Notes: generated from the letters alone by a model not told the origin. 64,000 nucleotides of DNA from Gemmatimonadaceae bacterium (GCA_051859245.1 JBHYGA010000005.1:192001-256000), one strand, 5' to 3'. Counted from the first letter of the stretch, positions 9,697 to 20,211 are shown. Program-made: numbers and translations.

Positions 9697-10697
9697 GCGC
9701 CATGCAGGGAAACGCGCGCGTGGCACCGGTAGCGGCAGCACCGATGCGTGACGTAACATCAAGGATGTCAGTTGCCTTGATTTCGCACTCGGATTGTGGA
9801 CTGCATGACACGGGCTGGGAACACGTGGAGCATGTGGGGCGGCTCCGCGCAATTCCCAGCGCGCTCAAGTATCACCCCGAGCTGTTCCACGCGGTGCTGC
9901 ATCATGAAGGGCGGCACGCCACACCCGCCGAGCTCGCGCTGGCACACGATGCGGCGTACATCTCGCGCGTCGAAGCGTTTGCCAGCTCCGGCGGTGGACA
10001 TCTCGATCCAGACACCGTGGTGAGCAGCGGCTCGTATCTCGCCGCAACCGCCGCCGCAGGTTGTGTGCTCGACGCGATCGACATGCTCTACGACGGACGC
10101 GCTACGCGCGCATTCTGCGCCGTTCGCCCACCCGGACATCACGCCGTGCGCGACCGTGCCATGGGATTTTGTCTGTTTGGCAACATCGCCGTTGGTGCGT
10201 TGTACGCGCTCAACAAGCAGTATGCCGAACGCGTGCTCGTGATTGACTGGGACGTGCATCATGGCAATGGCACTCAGGCGCTGGTGGAAAACAACGAGCG
10301 CATTCGTTTTGTATCCATCCATCAGTGGCCGTGGTACCCGGGCACGGGAGCACGCACCGATCACGGTCCGCACAAAAGCGTGTGGAATGTGCCCATGGCC
10401 GAAGGCCTCACACCAGACGCGTACACACAAGCGCTCTGGAACGCGGTCGACGAGGCCACGCGCGACTGGACGCCTGATCTCGTACTGCTCAGCGCCGGCT
10501 TTGACAGTCTCGCAGGTGATCCACTCGGCGGGTTCACGTGGACGAGCGAACACATCGCCGCGATGACGCGCGAACTTGGTCGCCGAGCAGATGTTTGGTG
10601 CGAGGGTCGCATTGTGAGTGCGCTCGAAGGTGGATACGCACCGGCGCAAACGGCCGAAGCGGCCATCGCACACCTTAGCGCACTCGTTCACGAATGA
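9693..10697 (+). CDS. Histone deacetylase-family amidohydrolase
   Basis: RPPGHHA, GFCLFGN, DWDVHHGNGTQ, YPGTG, SAGFDS, LEGGY. Confidence 0.95.
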   Translation: MSAMQGNARVAPVAAAPMRDVTSRMSVALISHSDCGLHDTGWEHVEHVGRLRAIPSALKYHPELFHAVLHHEGRHATPAELALAHDAAYISRVEAFASSGGGHLDPDTVVSSGSYLAATAAAGCVLDAIDMLYDGRATRAFCAVRPPGHHAVRDRAMGFCLFGNIAVGALYALNKQYAERVLVIDWDVHHGNGTQALVENNERIRFVSIHQWPWYPGTGARTDHGPHKSVWNVPMAEGLTPDAYTQALWNAVDEATRDWTPDLVLLSAGFDSLAGDPLGGFTWTSEHIAAMTRELGRRADVWCEGRIVSALEGGYAPAQTAEAAIAHLSALVHE

Positions 10698-11971
10698 AGA
10701 CCACACGCGCGCGTTGCCGGAGTCATCGCTCGGTTCCAATGTTGTCCGCTGTGCTTGCCACATGGGTGCTTGTGGCGTGCCAACGCGGGGCACCGCGTGA
10801 GTCGGACAACACACCACAAACATCGGTGCGTGACAGTGCCGGTGTGCGCATCGTGTCGGCCGGCTTCTCGCGCGACTCACTGCGCAGCAACGAAGCGTTG
10901 CGTGTGCTGGACACGTTGCTGAACGGGGCGAACGCTGAGGCCGAAGGGGTGGTTGGGCTGGTGGCGTTGCAGCCGCTCGCGGATTCATCGCTGGTGATTT
11001 TCAGTCAGAGCGGGCCGGCGTTGTTGCGGTTCCCAAACGCGGGACGCGGCCGCGCTGAACCGATCGCAAAAGTTGGTGCCGAACTCGGCGAGTTCAGCGC
11101 GCGCACCACAATCCTGCCGTACCGGCCCGACACGTTGCTGCTGTGGGACTGGGATGCAGGTCGACTCACGCGCGTCACCGCGGCCGGTTTGGGTGACGCC
11201 ATTGACATCCAGTTTGCGCTTCCGCGGATCGCGACCGTGTCTGGCGCGTTTCACAGCGGTGTTCCCATTGCCGTGACGATCGCACCGCCGCAGGAGCAAG
11301 GCGCGGGTGTGTCGCGCGCGGCGATGGCGCTCTTGCGTTTTGGAGCGGACGGCGCGTTCCGCGACACCCTGTTGCAGCTGCGCGGGCCGGAACGCACGGT
11401 GCAACTTGGTCGACCCGGTGCAGCCGGTGACAACCAGGGCGTGCGCTCCGGCAGTATTCCGTACGGTCGCACCACGCTCTGGACGCTCGGCGCGCACAGC
11501 GTGTTGGTGCACGATACCGAGGGCTGCGAAATCGCGCGCTATGATTCAACGGGCACGCTTCGCATGCGACTCGATTTTTCATGCGCGATCGAAGCGGTCA
11601 CGCCTGAAGACCGTGAACGCTTCCTTTCAGAAGTCTTGTCCACCGCGCGCTCACGCTCTGATTCCGCGATCCGCACACGTTTCGTTGACGAGGCGTCGTT
11701 CCCACCCACCAAGGCCACCGCGAGTGGATTGCTCACCGATCCGTGGGATCGCATCTGGCTTCGATTGCCGGTAAATGGCCCGACGGACGATTGGGTATGG
11801 TGGGTGTTCGACGCAGAGGGTATTCCCATGACGCGCGTATCGCTCGGTCGACAATGGCGGATTGCCGCGGTGCGTGAACGAGATCTGATCGCGGTGCAAA
11901 CCGATCGCGACGACGTGCCACCGGTTGTGGTGCGCATGGCGCTACCCGACGCGCTGCACCACACGCCGTAA
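10694..11971 (+). CDS. Putative lipoprotein, beta-propeller-like hypothetical
   Basis: VLVAC lipobox-like motif, VRDSAGVRIV motif, beta-rich repeats; ATGA overlap. Confidence 0.6.
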   Translation: MKTTRARCRSHRSVPMLSAVLATWVLVACQRGAPRESDNTPQTSVRDSAGVRIVSAGFSRDSLRSNEALRVLDTLLNGANAEAEGVVGLVALQPLADSSLVIFSQSGPALLRFPNAGRGRAEPIAKVGAELGEFSARTTILPYRPDTLLLWDWDAGRLTRVTAAGLGDAIDIQFALPRIATVSGAFHSGVPIAVTIAPPQEQGAGVSRAAMALLRFGADGAFRDTLLQLRGPERTVQLGRPGAAGDNQGVRSGSIPYGRTTLWTLGAHSVLVHDTEGCEIARYDSTGTLRMRLDFSCAIEAVTPEDRERFLSEVLSTARSRSDSAIRTRFVDEASFPPTKATASGLLTDPWDRIWLRLPVNGPTDDWVWWVFDAEGIPMTRVSLGRQWRIAAVRERDLIAVQTDRDDVPPVVVRMALPDALHHTP

Positions 11972-11983
11972 CGCGAACAGCGT

Positions 11984-12784
11984 ATGCCATCGCCTCGCGT
12001 TCCGCCCGTTCCCGTGGTGCTGCGCCTCGTGCAATCGGTGGTGCTCGGTCGCTGGCGCGGCTCGGTGGAAACGCTGTATCGCGAACTCGCCGATTTGTTG
12101 GAAGCCGGGGCGGGGAAAGACGTACTGGTGAGTGGATGTGGTGACGGGCGGAACGCTGAATGGTTGGCGCTGCGCACGCGTGCGTCGGTGATCGGGGTGG
12201 ATCCCGATAGTGAACGAATGAACGCGGCGGCCGCGCGTGTGGCCACGGAGCGCAAGACCACCACGGTGAGTTTTCAGAGTGCACCGCTCGATGACTTGCC
12301 CTTTGACGACGCCGTGTTCGATGGCGCGATTGGTGAACCCGTGCTCGCTGCGGCCAGCAATCCGGTGCGCGCCGTGGCGGAGCTGGCACGTGTGGTGAAA
12401 CCGTACGCACCGGTGGTGTTGTGTCAGCTTACCTGGAATGCCGACTTTGATGCGGATGAACGCGAAGCCGTCGTGGAGCGACTTGGACTGGGGCTGCGCC
12501 ACGTGGTGGAGTGGAAGCAGATGATGCGCGAAGCCGGTCTGGTAGATATTGAAGTGGACGACTGGACCGACCGTGGCATGCGTGGGCGCGTGGACAGTGC
12601 ACCACGATTTACGCTCCGTGAAAAATTGCAGATCGCAAGCCGCGCCTGGCGTCGCTTTGGCTGGCGTGCCGCACGTGAGGCGGTTGATCGCGAAACACAA
12701 CTCTTGCACGTCCTGTCGCAGGAACGTGCGGTAGGCTTCCATCTCATTCGCGGCGTCAAGTGGCCGCATCCGAGAACGCCGTGA
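11984..12784 (+). CDS. Class I SAM-dependent methyltransferase
   Basis: VLVSGCGDG motif I, VIGVD, LPFDDAVFD, ELARVVKP. Confidence 0.85.
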   Translation: MPSPRVPPVPVVLRLVQSVVLGRWRGSVETLYRELADLLEAGAGKDVLVSGCGDGRNAEWLALRTRASVIGVDPDSERMNAAAARVATERKTTTVSFQSAPLDDLPFDDAVFDGAIGEPVLAAASNPVRAVAELARVVKPYAPVVLCQLTWNADFDADEREAVVERLGLGLRHVVEWKQMMREAGLVDIEVDDWTDRGMRGRVDSAPRFTLREKLQIASRAWRRFGWRAAREAVDRETQLLHVLSQERAVGFHLIRGVKWPHPRTP

Positions 12785-13800
12785 CTGAACCGTTGCCATC
12801 CGTCATTCGTCCAAGTGCAACGCCAGAGATCAGTGTCTGGCATGGTCCGGGCGACGAGCGCGCGGTCACGTGTCATCCGCGAGATATCCCTGGGCTCCTG
12901 GCGCGCCGCGACGGCGCATTGTGGGTGCATCTTGATGCACAAAGTCCGGCCCAACACGCGTTGCTCGAACATGTCTTTCGATTTCATCCACTCGCCATCG
13001 AAGACACGCTGAACCCGGCAACTCGCGTCAAGATCGAAGAGTACGACGGCTATCTGTTTGTCGTCGTGCGCGCAGTGGCTTTCTGTGAATCAACGGACGA
13101 TCCGTACGATCTCGAAACGCAGGACCTCTATGCGTTTCTCAGCCCCAATGCACTTGTTACGGTGTCAGCAGGCGCTATCCCGTCCATCACTGCGGTGTCG
13201 GAGCGCCTCACGCGCAACCCGGAAATGATGGCCCGCGGTCTCGACCGCCTGCTGCACGCACTCCTGGATGAAACGATCGACGCGTTCTTCCCGGTATTGG
13301 AACGCATTGACGAGTTTGTGGATGGGCTGGAAGAACGCGTGTTTGTGGAGTTTGACGAAAGTGCCTTGCGCGACATTTTTCAGGTGAAGCGACTGGTCTT
13401 GTCACTGCGGCGGCACCTCTCGCCACAACGTGAAGTGCTCGCCACATTAGCGAATCGCCCAACGCCGTTACTGACGGCGGGCACCCAACTGTATTTCCGC
13501 GACATTTACGATCACATTCTGCGTATTACCGATTCGCTCGATACGTACCGGGATCTGCTGAGCAGCACGATGGACAGTTACCTCACACAAGTGTCGAACC
13601 GACTCGGCGCGACCACCAAGGCGCTGTCGGTGCTGGCTACCATGAGTCTGCCATTTGTCGTGGTCAGTGGCATGTGGGGCATGAACTTCAACAAGATCCC
13701 GCTCTCCGGTTCGCCGTCCGGTTTCTGGATTATGCTCGTGCTGCAACTGGCGATTGGTGGCGCGTTGCTTCTGTTCCTGCGTCGTCGTCGCATTCTGTAA
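12781..13800 (+). CDS. corA: Magnesium/cobalt transporter CorA
   Basis: FHPLAIED, YFRDIYDH, GMN signature between two C-terminal TM helices. Confidence 0.94.
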   Translation: MTEPLPSVIRPSATPEISVWHGPGDERAVTCHPRDIPGLLARRDGALWVHLDAQSPAQHALLEHVFRFHPLAIEDTLNPATRVKIEEYDGYLFVVVRAVAFCESTDDPYDLETQDLYAFLSPNALVTVSAGAIPSITAVSERLTRNPEMMARGLDRLLHALLDETIDAFFPVLERIDEFVDGLEERVFVEFDESALRDIFQVKRLVLSLRRHLSPQREVLATLANRPTPLLTAGTQLYFRDIYDHILRITDSLDTYRDLLSSTMDSYLTQVSNRLGATTKALSVLATMSLPFVVVSGMWGMNFNKIPLSGSPSGFWIMLVLQLAIGGALLLFLRRRRIL

Positions 13801-13833
13801 CGTCGCGCTCACCTTCACTCATCTCATCGCCCC

Positions 13834-14835
13834 ATGTTCTGTCCGGAGTGTGGCACCTGGAATCGCGCGGCAGCGGCTCGCTGTACACGTTGTGGGGTGC
13901 CGCTCCCCGACGTGAGCGCGCCGCCGCTCGAGGCGCCAGATGAAGAACTGTCCGACTTGCGCCGCGTCACCGGCAATCGCTACACGGTGATCAAGCGCCT
14001 CGGCAGCGGTGGCATGGCGCATGTGTACCTTGCGCGTCACGTTGCGCTGGCTCGACCCGTTGTGATCAAGGTGCTGCATCGCACCCTCGCGCGTGAATCA
14101 GAAATGCGCGAGCGGTTCCGGCGTGAAGCCGAGGCTGCTGCACGGCTGGTGCACCCGTACGTATGCGCGATTCTTGATCAGGGCGCATCTGGCGACATTG
14201 TGTATCTCGTGATGCCGTACTACGCGGGTGGTTCGCTGGCCGACATGCTCACGCGCTCGCGCCGTCTGCCGGCCAGGATCGCGGCGGGGATTGGAGCACA
14301 GGTGGCCTGCGCGCTCGACTACGCGCATCGACGGGGCGTGGTACACCGTGATGTGAAGCCCGACAACGTGCTGTTCGACGAAGACACGAACGCCGTGCTC
14401 ACCGATTTTGGTATTGCCACGGCGCGATTCCACGGTCGACTCACCGCGACCGGTCGCGCGATGGGTACACCGCACTACATGTCGCCGGAGCAGGCCATGG
14501 GGCGCCTGGTGGACGGTCGCAGCGATTTGTACGCGGTTGGCTTGTTGCTCTACGAAATGCTGACCGGACATCCGCCGTTCGATGGCGCGGATTCGTATGC
14601 GGTAGGATACAAGCACGTGCACGAGCAACCGGTGGCGCCGGACATTGCGCAGCCGGAGGTGCCAGCCGCCATGAGCGCCATTGTCATGCGGTGCCTCACC
14701 AAACTGCCAGCGGAACGATACGATCGTGGCTTTGAGCTGGCCGACGCGCTGCTCGGCTTTCTCGCCACGCACGGCACCCCGGACGAGGCCCGTGCCGCGC
14801 GCGCTGCCCGTGCGACGGGTGTGACCCCCACTTAA
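13834..14835 (+). CDS. Hanks-type Ser/Thr protein kinase with an N-terminal zinc ribbon
   Basis: CPECG..CTRCG; LGSGGMAHVY, HRDVKPDN, DFG, GTPHYMSPE; no TM segment. Confidence 0.95.
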   Translation: MFCPECGTWNRAAAARCTRCGVPLPDVSAPPLEAPDEELSDLRRVTGNRYTVIKRLGSGGMAHVYLARHVALARPVVIKVLHRTLARESEMRERFRREAEAAARLVHPYVCAILDQGASGDIVYLVMPYYAGGSLADMLTRSRRLPARIAAGIGAQVACALDYAHRRGVVHRDVKPDNVLFDEDTNAVLTDFGIATARFHGRLTATGRAMGTPHYMSPEQAMGRLVDGRSDLYAVGLLLYEMLTGHPPFDGADSYAVGYKHVHEQPVAPDIAQPEVPAAMSAIVMRCLTKLPAERYDRGFELADALLGFLATHGTPDEARAARAARATGVTPT

Positions 14836-14902
14836 ACTCAAGGAGCGGCGGCGCGTGCCGCTCCTAACCATCAGCTGTTCGTCAACACTCCCCTCGCCGA
14901 CC

Positions 14903-15940
14903 ATGCAACTCTCCTGGGAAGTTCTGTCTGTACACACAAAGCATCCGTTCATCATTGCGCGCGGCGGTACAGCAACCTGGTCGGTGGTGTGGGTCAAGAT
15001 TCGCGATACTGATGGACTCGAAGGGTGGGGTGAAGCGGCACCGAGTCGTTTTTACGGCGAGAATGCGGACTCGGTGGTGGCGGCGCTGCAACGGTTCAAG
15101 CCGCTGCTTGAACAGGCCGACGGCTGGTCGCTCGAAGCAATTGAAAAAGAACTGAGCCTGGCCATTCGCTGGAATGCCGCCGCAAAAACGGCGGTCAGCG
15201 CTGCGCTGCACGACCTGGTGGGCAAACGCCTGGGCGTACCGCTCTGGAAACTGTGGGGACTCTCGCCGGCGAACTCACCACAGTCATCGTTCACGATTGG
15301 CATTGCGCCAGATGACGACACACTGCGCGCGCGCGTGCGTGAGGCGGCCGCGTTTCCCGTGCTCAAGGTAAAGCTTGGATCGGCGCGTGATCGCGAAATT
15401 CTGGCGATTGTGCGGGAAGAAGCGCCAAACGCGGTAATTCGTGTTGATGCAAACGCCGCCTGGACACCCAAGAGCACGCTCGCGATGCTCGACACACTCG
15501 TTAAATACGGTGTGGAAATGCTGGAGCAGCCGCTGCCACCGCATGATCTCGATGGACTGCGTTTTATTCGTGAACGCTGCCCAATGCCACTCTTTGCCGA
15601 CGAGTCGTGCTTGGTGGCATCAGATATTCCGAAGCTGGCGGAATGTGTGGATGGCATCAATCTCAAGCTGATGAAGTGTGGCTCACTGCGTGAAGCGCTG
15701 CGCATGATTGCCACGGCGCGCGCGCACAATCTGCAAGTCATGTGTGGCTGCATGATTGAAACCACGTTGGGCATTGCGTCGGCCGCACACTTTGCGCCGC
15801 TGCTCGACTACGTGGACCTCGACGGTGCCGCATTGCTGGCTGATGATCCGTTCGACGGCCCATCCATCACTGCTCCCAACGCACTCGGTTCGATCACGCT
15901 TGGCGATGCCCCCGGACTTGGCGTCACGAAACGAGGCTGA
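14903..15940 (+). CDS. L-Ala-D/L-Glu dipeptide epimerase (enolase superfamily)
   Basis: HPFIIARG, GWGEA, KVKLG, RVDANAAW, EQPL, ADES, NLKLMKCG, GCMIE, DLDG. Confidence 0.9.
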   Translation: MQLSWEVLSVHTKHPFIIARGGTATWSVVWVKIRDTDGLEGWGEAAPSRFYGENADSVVAALQRFKPLLEQADGWSLEAIEKELSLAIRWNAAAKTAVSAALHDLVGKRLGVPLWKLWGLSPANSPQSSFTIGIAPDDDTLRARVREAAAFPVLKVKLGSARDREILAIVREEAPNAVIRVDANAAWTPKSTLAMLDTLVKYGVEMLEQPLPPHDLDGLRFIRERCPMPLFADESCLVASDIPKLAECVDGINLKLMKCGSLREALRMIATARAHNLQVMCGCMIETTLGIASAAHFAPLLDYVDLDGAALLADDPFDGPSITAPNALGSITLGDAPGLGVTKRG

Positions 15941-18260
15941 ACGCAGCGAGACGGTCAACCACGGGTCCGCGAGCGAAACGGCAACGTCTGCGACCGGCGC
16001 GCGCTGCGTGTCAGTCGCGCTGCCGGTTCCGCTGTTTCGCGCGTTCACCTATCTCGTGCCAGACGCGCTGCCGCTACCCGAGGCTGGTCAGCGTGTGGTC
16101 GTGCCGTTTCGCAACAAGAAGGTGGTCGGCATTGTGCTCGCGCATACGGAGGCGCCGGCCGGTGTCACGCTGAAGCATGTGATCGGCGTTCCGAACGAAG
16201 CGCTGGCGTTTCCACCGGCGCTGTTGCACACGGCCGAATGGATTGCGGAGTACTACGCCGCACCGATCGGACTCACCGTGCGTGCGATGCTCCCCACAGC
16301 GCTCACCAGCAGCACAGTGCCGACGCCCGCCGTACGCACGCAGCGGCGCGTGCGGATTCTGTCGCCACTCGAATCGTTGCTCGCGCGCGAAGCCGCGTTT
16401 GCGCGCGCTCCAAAGCAACGTGCATTGTTCGAGCTGCTTGAATCGCGCGGTGGTGAAGCACCGGTCACATCACTGCTCACGCAAGCCGATTGCACGCCTG
16501 CGGTGCTTGATGCGCTCGTCAAGAAGCAATTGGTGGAAGTGTCGCACGAATCTGTGCAGCGCGATCCGTTTGCCGATCGCGCTGTTGTCGCGCCGCCACT
16601 CACCCCAACCGAAGCGCAGCGCGCCGCCGTGCACGCCATTGTCAACGCGGCGCCTGGTGCGACGCTGTTGCTGCACGGCATCACGGGGAGCGGTAAAACG
16701 CTCGTGTACATTGAGGTGTTGCGAAAGCTCGTTACGGAGCAGGGCCGTTCCGCGATTGTACTGGTGCCGGAAATCGCACTCACACCGCAAGCGGTCGATC
16801 GTTTTCGCGGCGCGTTCGGTGATGATGTGGCCGTGTTGCACTCCGCGCTCAGCGACGGGGAACGCTACGATGCCTGGCGCGCACTGCGCGATGGCACGCG
16901 ACGCATTGCCGTTGGTGCGCGGTCTGCGCTCTTTGCTCCGCTCACGAACGTTGGTGTGATCATCGTCGACGAAGAACACGACGCGAGCTACAAACAGGCG
17001 GAAACACCGCGCTATCACGCCCGGGAAGCTGCGATTGTGCGCGCGCAGGCTGAAGGGGCGGTGGTTGTGCTGGGCAGCGCCACGCCCGGACTCGAAACGT
17101 GGGAACGCGCCGACACCGGATTCATTCAGCGTCTTGAACTACCACTGCGCGCGACGGGAGCGTCGCTGCCACAGGTTCGTGTGGTTGATCTGCGCGGCGT
17201 GGTACGCGATGCTCTCGCCAATCGACCGCCCAACGCGCCGTTCGATGAAACGATTGGCATTCTCTCGCCCGAGCTGGCGGTGGCGATTGAAACGCGTCTC
17301 GCTCGCAACGAGCAATCCGTACTGTTGCTCAATCGCCGCGGATTCGCGGCGTTCCTAGAATGCCGTGACTGTGGTGATGTCACGCAGTGCCCGAACTGCT
17401 CCATTGCGCTCACGTATCATCGCGTACCGGAGTCGCTGGTGTGCCACTACTGTCAGCACCGCGCTCCGGTGCACACCACATGTCGCGCCTGCGGCGGACT
17501 CGCGCTCGCGCGCAAGGGACTGGGTACACAGCAGGTGGAACGCGTGGTGGCGGAACGGTTTCCGTCCGCACGTATTGCGCGCATGGACGTGGACACGACC
17601 AGCGGCAAATGGGCGCACAGCAACATTCTCGATCGTGTCGCACGACGCGAAGTCGACATTTTGCTGGGCACACAAATGATTGCCAAGGGACTCGACTTTC
17701 CGGACGTCACGCTTGTTGGGGTGATCGATGCGGACACCGGACTGAGCTTGCCGGATTTTCGTGCGTCTGAGCGCACGTTCCAGTTGCTCAGTCAGGTCGC
17801 CGGTCGGGCTGGTCGCAGCAGCAAGCCCGGTGAGGTGTTGATCCAGACGCGTCGTCCGAATCATCACGCGGTGCACTGTGCGGTGACGCATGATGTGCCC
17901 GGGTTTATTCAGGCTGAACTCGCCGAACGTCGCGCGCCGGCGTATCCGCCGTTTGTGCGACTGGCCAACATTGTGATCAGCGGTGAGGACGAATCCAATA
18001 CCAGCGCGAAGGCCATTGAAACGGCCGACTGGACGCGTGCGTTGCTCCGCAGTCGCGGTATCCGTGAGGTGGAGGTGGTAGGACCCGCACCGTGCCCCAT
18101 TCACCGCATCAAGGAACGCTGGCGCTGGCATTTTTTCCTGCGTACGCCCAAGTCGGGATTGCTCACCAGACTATGCCGTTTTGTGGCCGAACGCGCGCCA
18201 GCCGCCCGTGACGCGAGTGTACGCCTGGTCGTCGACCGCGACCCGGTGGCGTTGCTGTAG
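15906..18260 (+). CDS. priA: Primosomal protein N' (replication-restart helicase); start uncertain
   Basis: LLHGITGSGKT, LVPEIALTPQ, DEEHD, four CxxC pairs, GTQMIAKGLDFP, QVAGRAGR. Confidence 0.96.
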   Translation: MPPDLASRNEAERSETVNHGSASETATSATGARCVSVALPVPLFRAFTYLVPDALPLPEAGQRVVVPFRNKKVVGIVLAHTEAPAGVTLKHVIGVPNEALAFPPALLHTAEWIAEYYAAPIGLTVRAMLPTALTSSTVPTPAVRTQRRVRILSPLESLLAREAAFARAPKQRALFELLESRGGEAPVTSLLTQADCTPAVLDALVKKQLVEVSHESVQRDPFADRAVVAPPLTPTEAQRAAVHAIVNAAPGATLLLHGITGSGKTLVYIEVLRKLVTEQGRSAIVLVPEIALTPQAVDRFRGAFGDDVAVLHSALSDGERYDAWRALRDGTRRIAVGARSALFAPLTNVGVIIVDEEHDASYKQAETPRYHAREAAIVRAQAEGAVVVLGSATPGLETWERADTGFIQRLELPLRATGASLPQVRVVDLRGVVRDALANRPPNAPFDETIGILSPELAVAIETRLARNEQSVLLLNRRGFAAFLECRDCGDVTQCPNCSIALTYHRVPESLVCHYCQHRAPVHTTCRACGGLALARKGLGTQQVERVVAERFPSARIARMDVDTTSGKWAHSNILDRVARREVDILLGTQMIAKGLDFPDVTLVGVIDADTGLSLPDFRASERTFQLLSQVAGRAGRSSKPGEVLIQTRRPNHHAVHCAVTHDVPGFIQAELAERRAPAYPPFVRLANIVISGEDESNTSAKAIETADWTRALLRSRGIREVEVVGPAPCPIHRIKERWRWHFFLRTPKSGLLTRLCRFVAERAPAARDASVRLVVDRDPVALL

Positions 18261-18317
18261 AGCCGGACCAGCACGGGCCCTCGCGTTCGTCGACATCGCA
18301 GTTGCTAGTATTCAGGC

Positions 18318-19493
18318 ATGTCTCTCACGACTTCGCCCCACATGATTCAGCCAACGCAGCTCATTCGCTCCATCCCCCAGTACGTGTTCTGGGAGCTGGA
18401 TCAGCGCAAGCGTGCGCATCGCGCCACTGGTCGACCGCTGCTCGACGTGGGTATCGGCAGTCCGGATCAGCCGGTGCCGGAGCTCGTGCAGGAAGCAATC
18501 CGCGAAGCCGCCACACGTCCGGAGTTGAGCGGGTATCCGCACTTTCGTGGGCACCCCGAGTTCTTGCGCGCCGTGGCCGACTACATGGTGGACCGGTTTG
18601 GCGTGCACACGGATCCGGAACGCGAGTACATGGCTGTGGCCGGAAGCAAAGAAGGGTTGGCCGAAATCATTTTGGCGATCTGTGAACCGGGCGACGTCGT
18701 GCTCGTGCCGGAGGTGTACTACCCGGTGTATGTGCGCGCCACACAACTCGCGCGCGCCGAAGCGGTCATGGTGCCGTTTTCAGCCGACGGTTTGCTGGAT
18801 CTCGACGCAGTTGATCCGGCACATGTCGCGCGTGCGCGAGTGCTGATTGCGAACTATCCGTGCAATCCTACTACGGCAATTGCGGATCTCGCGGCCATGA
18901 CGCGCCTGGTCGAGTTTGCGCGCACACACAACATCCTGCTCGTGAGTGATCTGGCGTATTCGGAGCTGGCGTTTGACGGGTTTGTGCCGCCGAGTGCACT
19001 CCAGGTGCCGGGCGCCATGGAGTGCACGGTCGAACTGCACTCTGCGTCGAAGAGTTTCAACATGGCCGGCTCGCGCGTGGGTGTGGTGGTTGGAAATCCA
19101 CAGGCCATCACCGCGCTCGATGCATATCGCAGCAATGTGGGCTACGGAGCGGCCACGCTGCCACAACTCGGTGCGGCCGTTGCGTTCACGAACTATCGCG
19201 CGTTGGTCAAGCCAATTGTGCAGGAGTACGCAGCGCGTCGTGATGCGCTTGTAAATGCGTTTCACGCGCACGGATGGGCGGTGCCGTCGCCTCGCGCCAC
19301 CATGTACTTGTGGCTCACAGTACCCGAGGGCTATGACGACTGGGCCTGGGTGGATCACTGTCTGGCCGAACACAACATTGTCATCACGCCCGGCATGGCG
19401 TTTGGCGCGGCGGGACGCGGACGCTTTCGCATTTCGCTGGTGCAACCGGCGCCGGTACTCGCGGATGTAGCAAAGGCCCTCGCGCAGCGGTAG
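18318..19493 (+). CDS. Class I/II PLP-dependent aminotransferase (LL-DAP aminotransferase-like)
   Basis: GSKEG, NYPCNPT, SDLAY, SASKSFNMAGSRVG with the PLP lysine. Confidence 0.9.
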   Translation: MSLTTSPHMIQPTQLIRSIPQYVFWELDQRKRAHRATGRPLLDVGIGSPDQPVPELVQEAIREAATRPELSGYPHFRGHPEFLRAVADYMVDRFGVHTDPEREYMAVAGSKEGLAEIILAICEPGDVVLVPEVYYPVYVRATQLARAEAVMVPFSADGLLDLDAVDPAHVARARVLIANYPCNPTTAIADLAAMTRLVEFARTHNILLVSDLAYSELAFDGFVPPSALQVPGAMECTVELHSASKSFNMAGSRVGVVVGNPQAITALDAYRSNVGYGAATLPQLGAAVAFTNYRALVKPIVQEYAARRDALVNAFHAHGWAVPSPRATMYLWLTVPEGYDDWAWVDHCLAEHNIVITPGMAFGAAGRGRFRISLVQPAPVLADVAKALAQR

Positions 19494-19510
19494 TCGCTAC
19501 GCGAGGGCCT
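19474..19510. terminator. Hairpin between convergent genes, overlapping the aminotransferase stop
   Basis: AGGCCCTCGCG...CGCGAGGGCCT perfect 11-bp arms with an inner AGCG/CGCT pair; no clear U tract. Confidence 0.5.
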
Positions 19511-19530
19511 CGATTGCTGTCAGGTCAAAC

Positions 19531-20115
19531 TTACTTCTTGGCCGCCGGATCGTTGATCGCGAAATCCCACTGCACGGTCACGTCGTCCTTGATCGGATTC
19601 ACGTTTGAGTCATACGCCACGCCGTACTCCTTGCGCTTGATCACAAACTCGCCGCGGAATCGGCCCGTGCCGGCTTCGTAGAACACCATCGACGCGGGAA
19701 TCACAATGCGCTTGGTGGTGCCGCGAATGGTGAGGTCACCCTCAATGTCGAGCGTGTTCGCCGTCTTCGGACGCACAGCGGTTGAGACAAACGTGATCTT
19801 CGGGTGCTTCTCCACATCAAAGAAGTCGGCACTCTTGAGATGACCGTCACGACGCTCAACGCGCGTGTCAATGCTCGCCGCATCAATGCTCAGTGACACC
19901 GACGACGCGGCCATGTTCTGCGGATCAAGCGAAATGGTCGCGTCCCACGTCTCAAAGTGTCCTCGCGCGTCAATGAGGCGCGATTCGGCAATGAAGTTGA
20001 TCTGGCTGTGGGCCTTGTCGACCGTGTGCGGGCGCGGGGCCGCCGGCGTGAACGGATTCGCGGCGACGAGTACGAACGGGAGCGCGAGCACCGCGCTGAG
20101 ACGAGCAAACGACAT
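19531..20115 (-). CDS. yceI: YceI-family periplasmic isoprenoid/lipid-binding protein
   Basis: VDKAHSQINF, IDAASIDT..RDGHLKSADFFDVEKHPKITF, GDLTIRG; signal peptide; GGAG RBS before ATG 20115. Confidence 0.92.
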   Translation of the reverse strand: MSFARLSAVLALPFVLVAANPFTPAAPRPHTVDKAHSQINFIAESRLIDARGHFETWDATISLDPQNMAASSVSLSIDAASIDTRVERRDGHLKSADFFDVEKHPKITFVSTAVRPKTANTLDIEGDLTIRGTTKRIVIPASMVFYEAGTGRFRGEFVIKRKEYGVAYDSNVNPIKDDVTVQWDFAINDPAAKK

Positions 20116-20193
20116 ATGAAGACTCCTGAAGGCTGAAGGCTGTGGCATTTCTGAACGGCTCAACGCGCCCAAACGGCGCCATATTCACAAATA

Positions 20194-20211
20194 TATCTTA
20201 GTTGTAAGATA
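20194..20211. promoter_or_regulatory. Palindromic putative operator in the divergent yceI / fur-operon promoter region
   Basis: TATCTTA-GTTG-TAAGATA perfect 7-bp inverted repeat inside an AT-rich patch. Confidence 0.5.
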
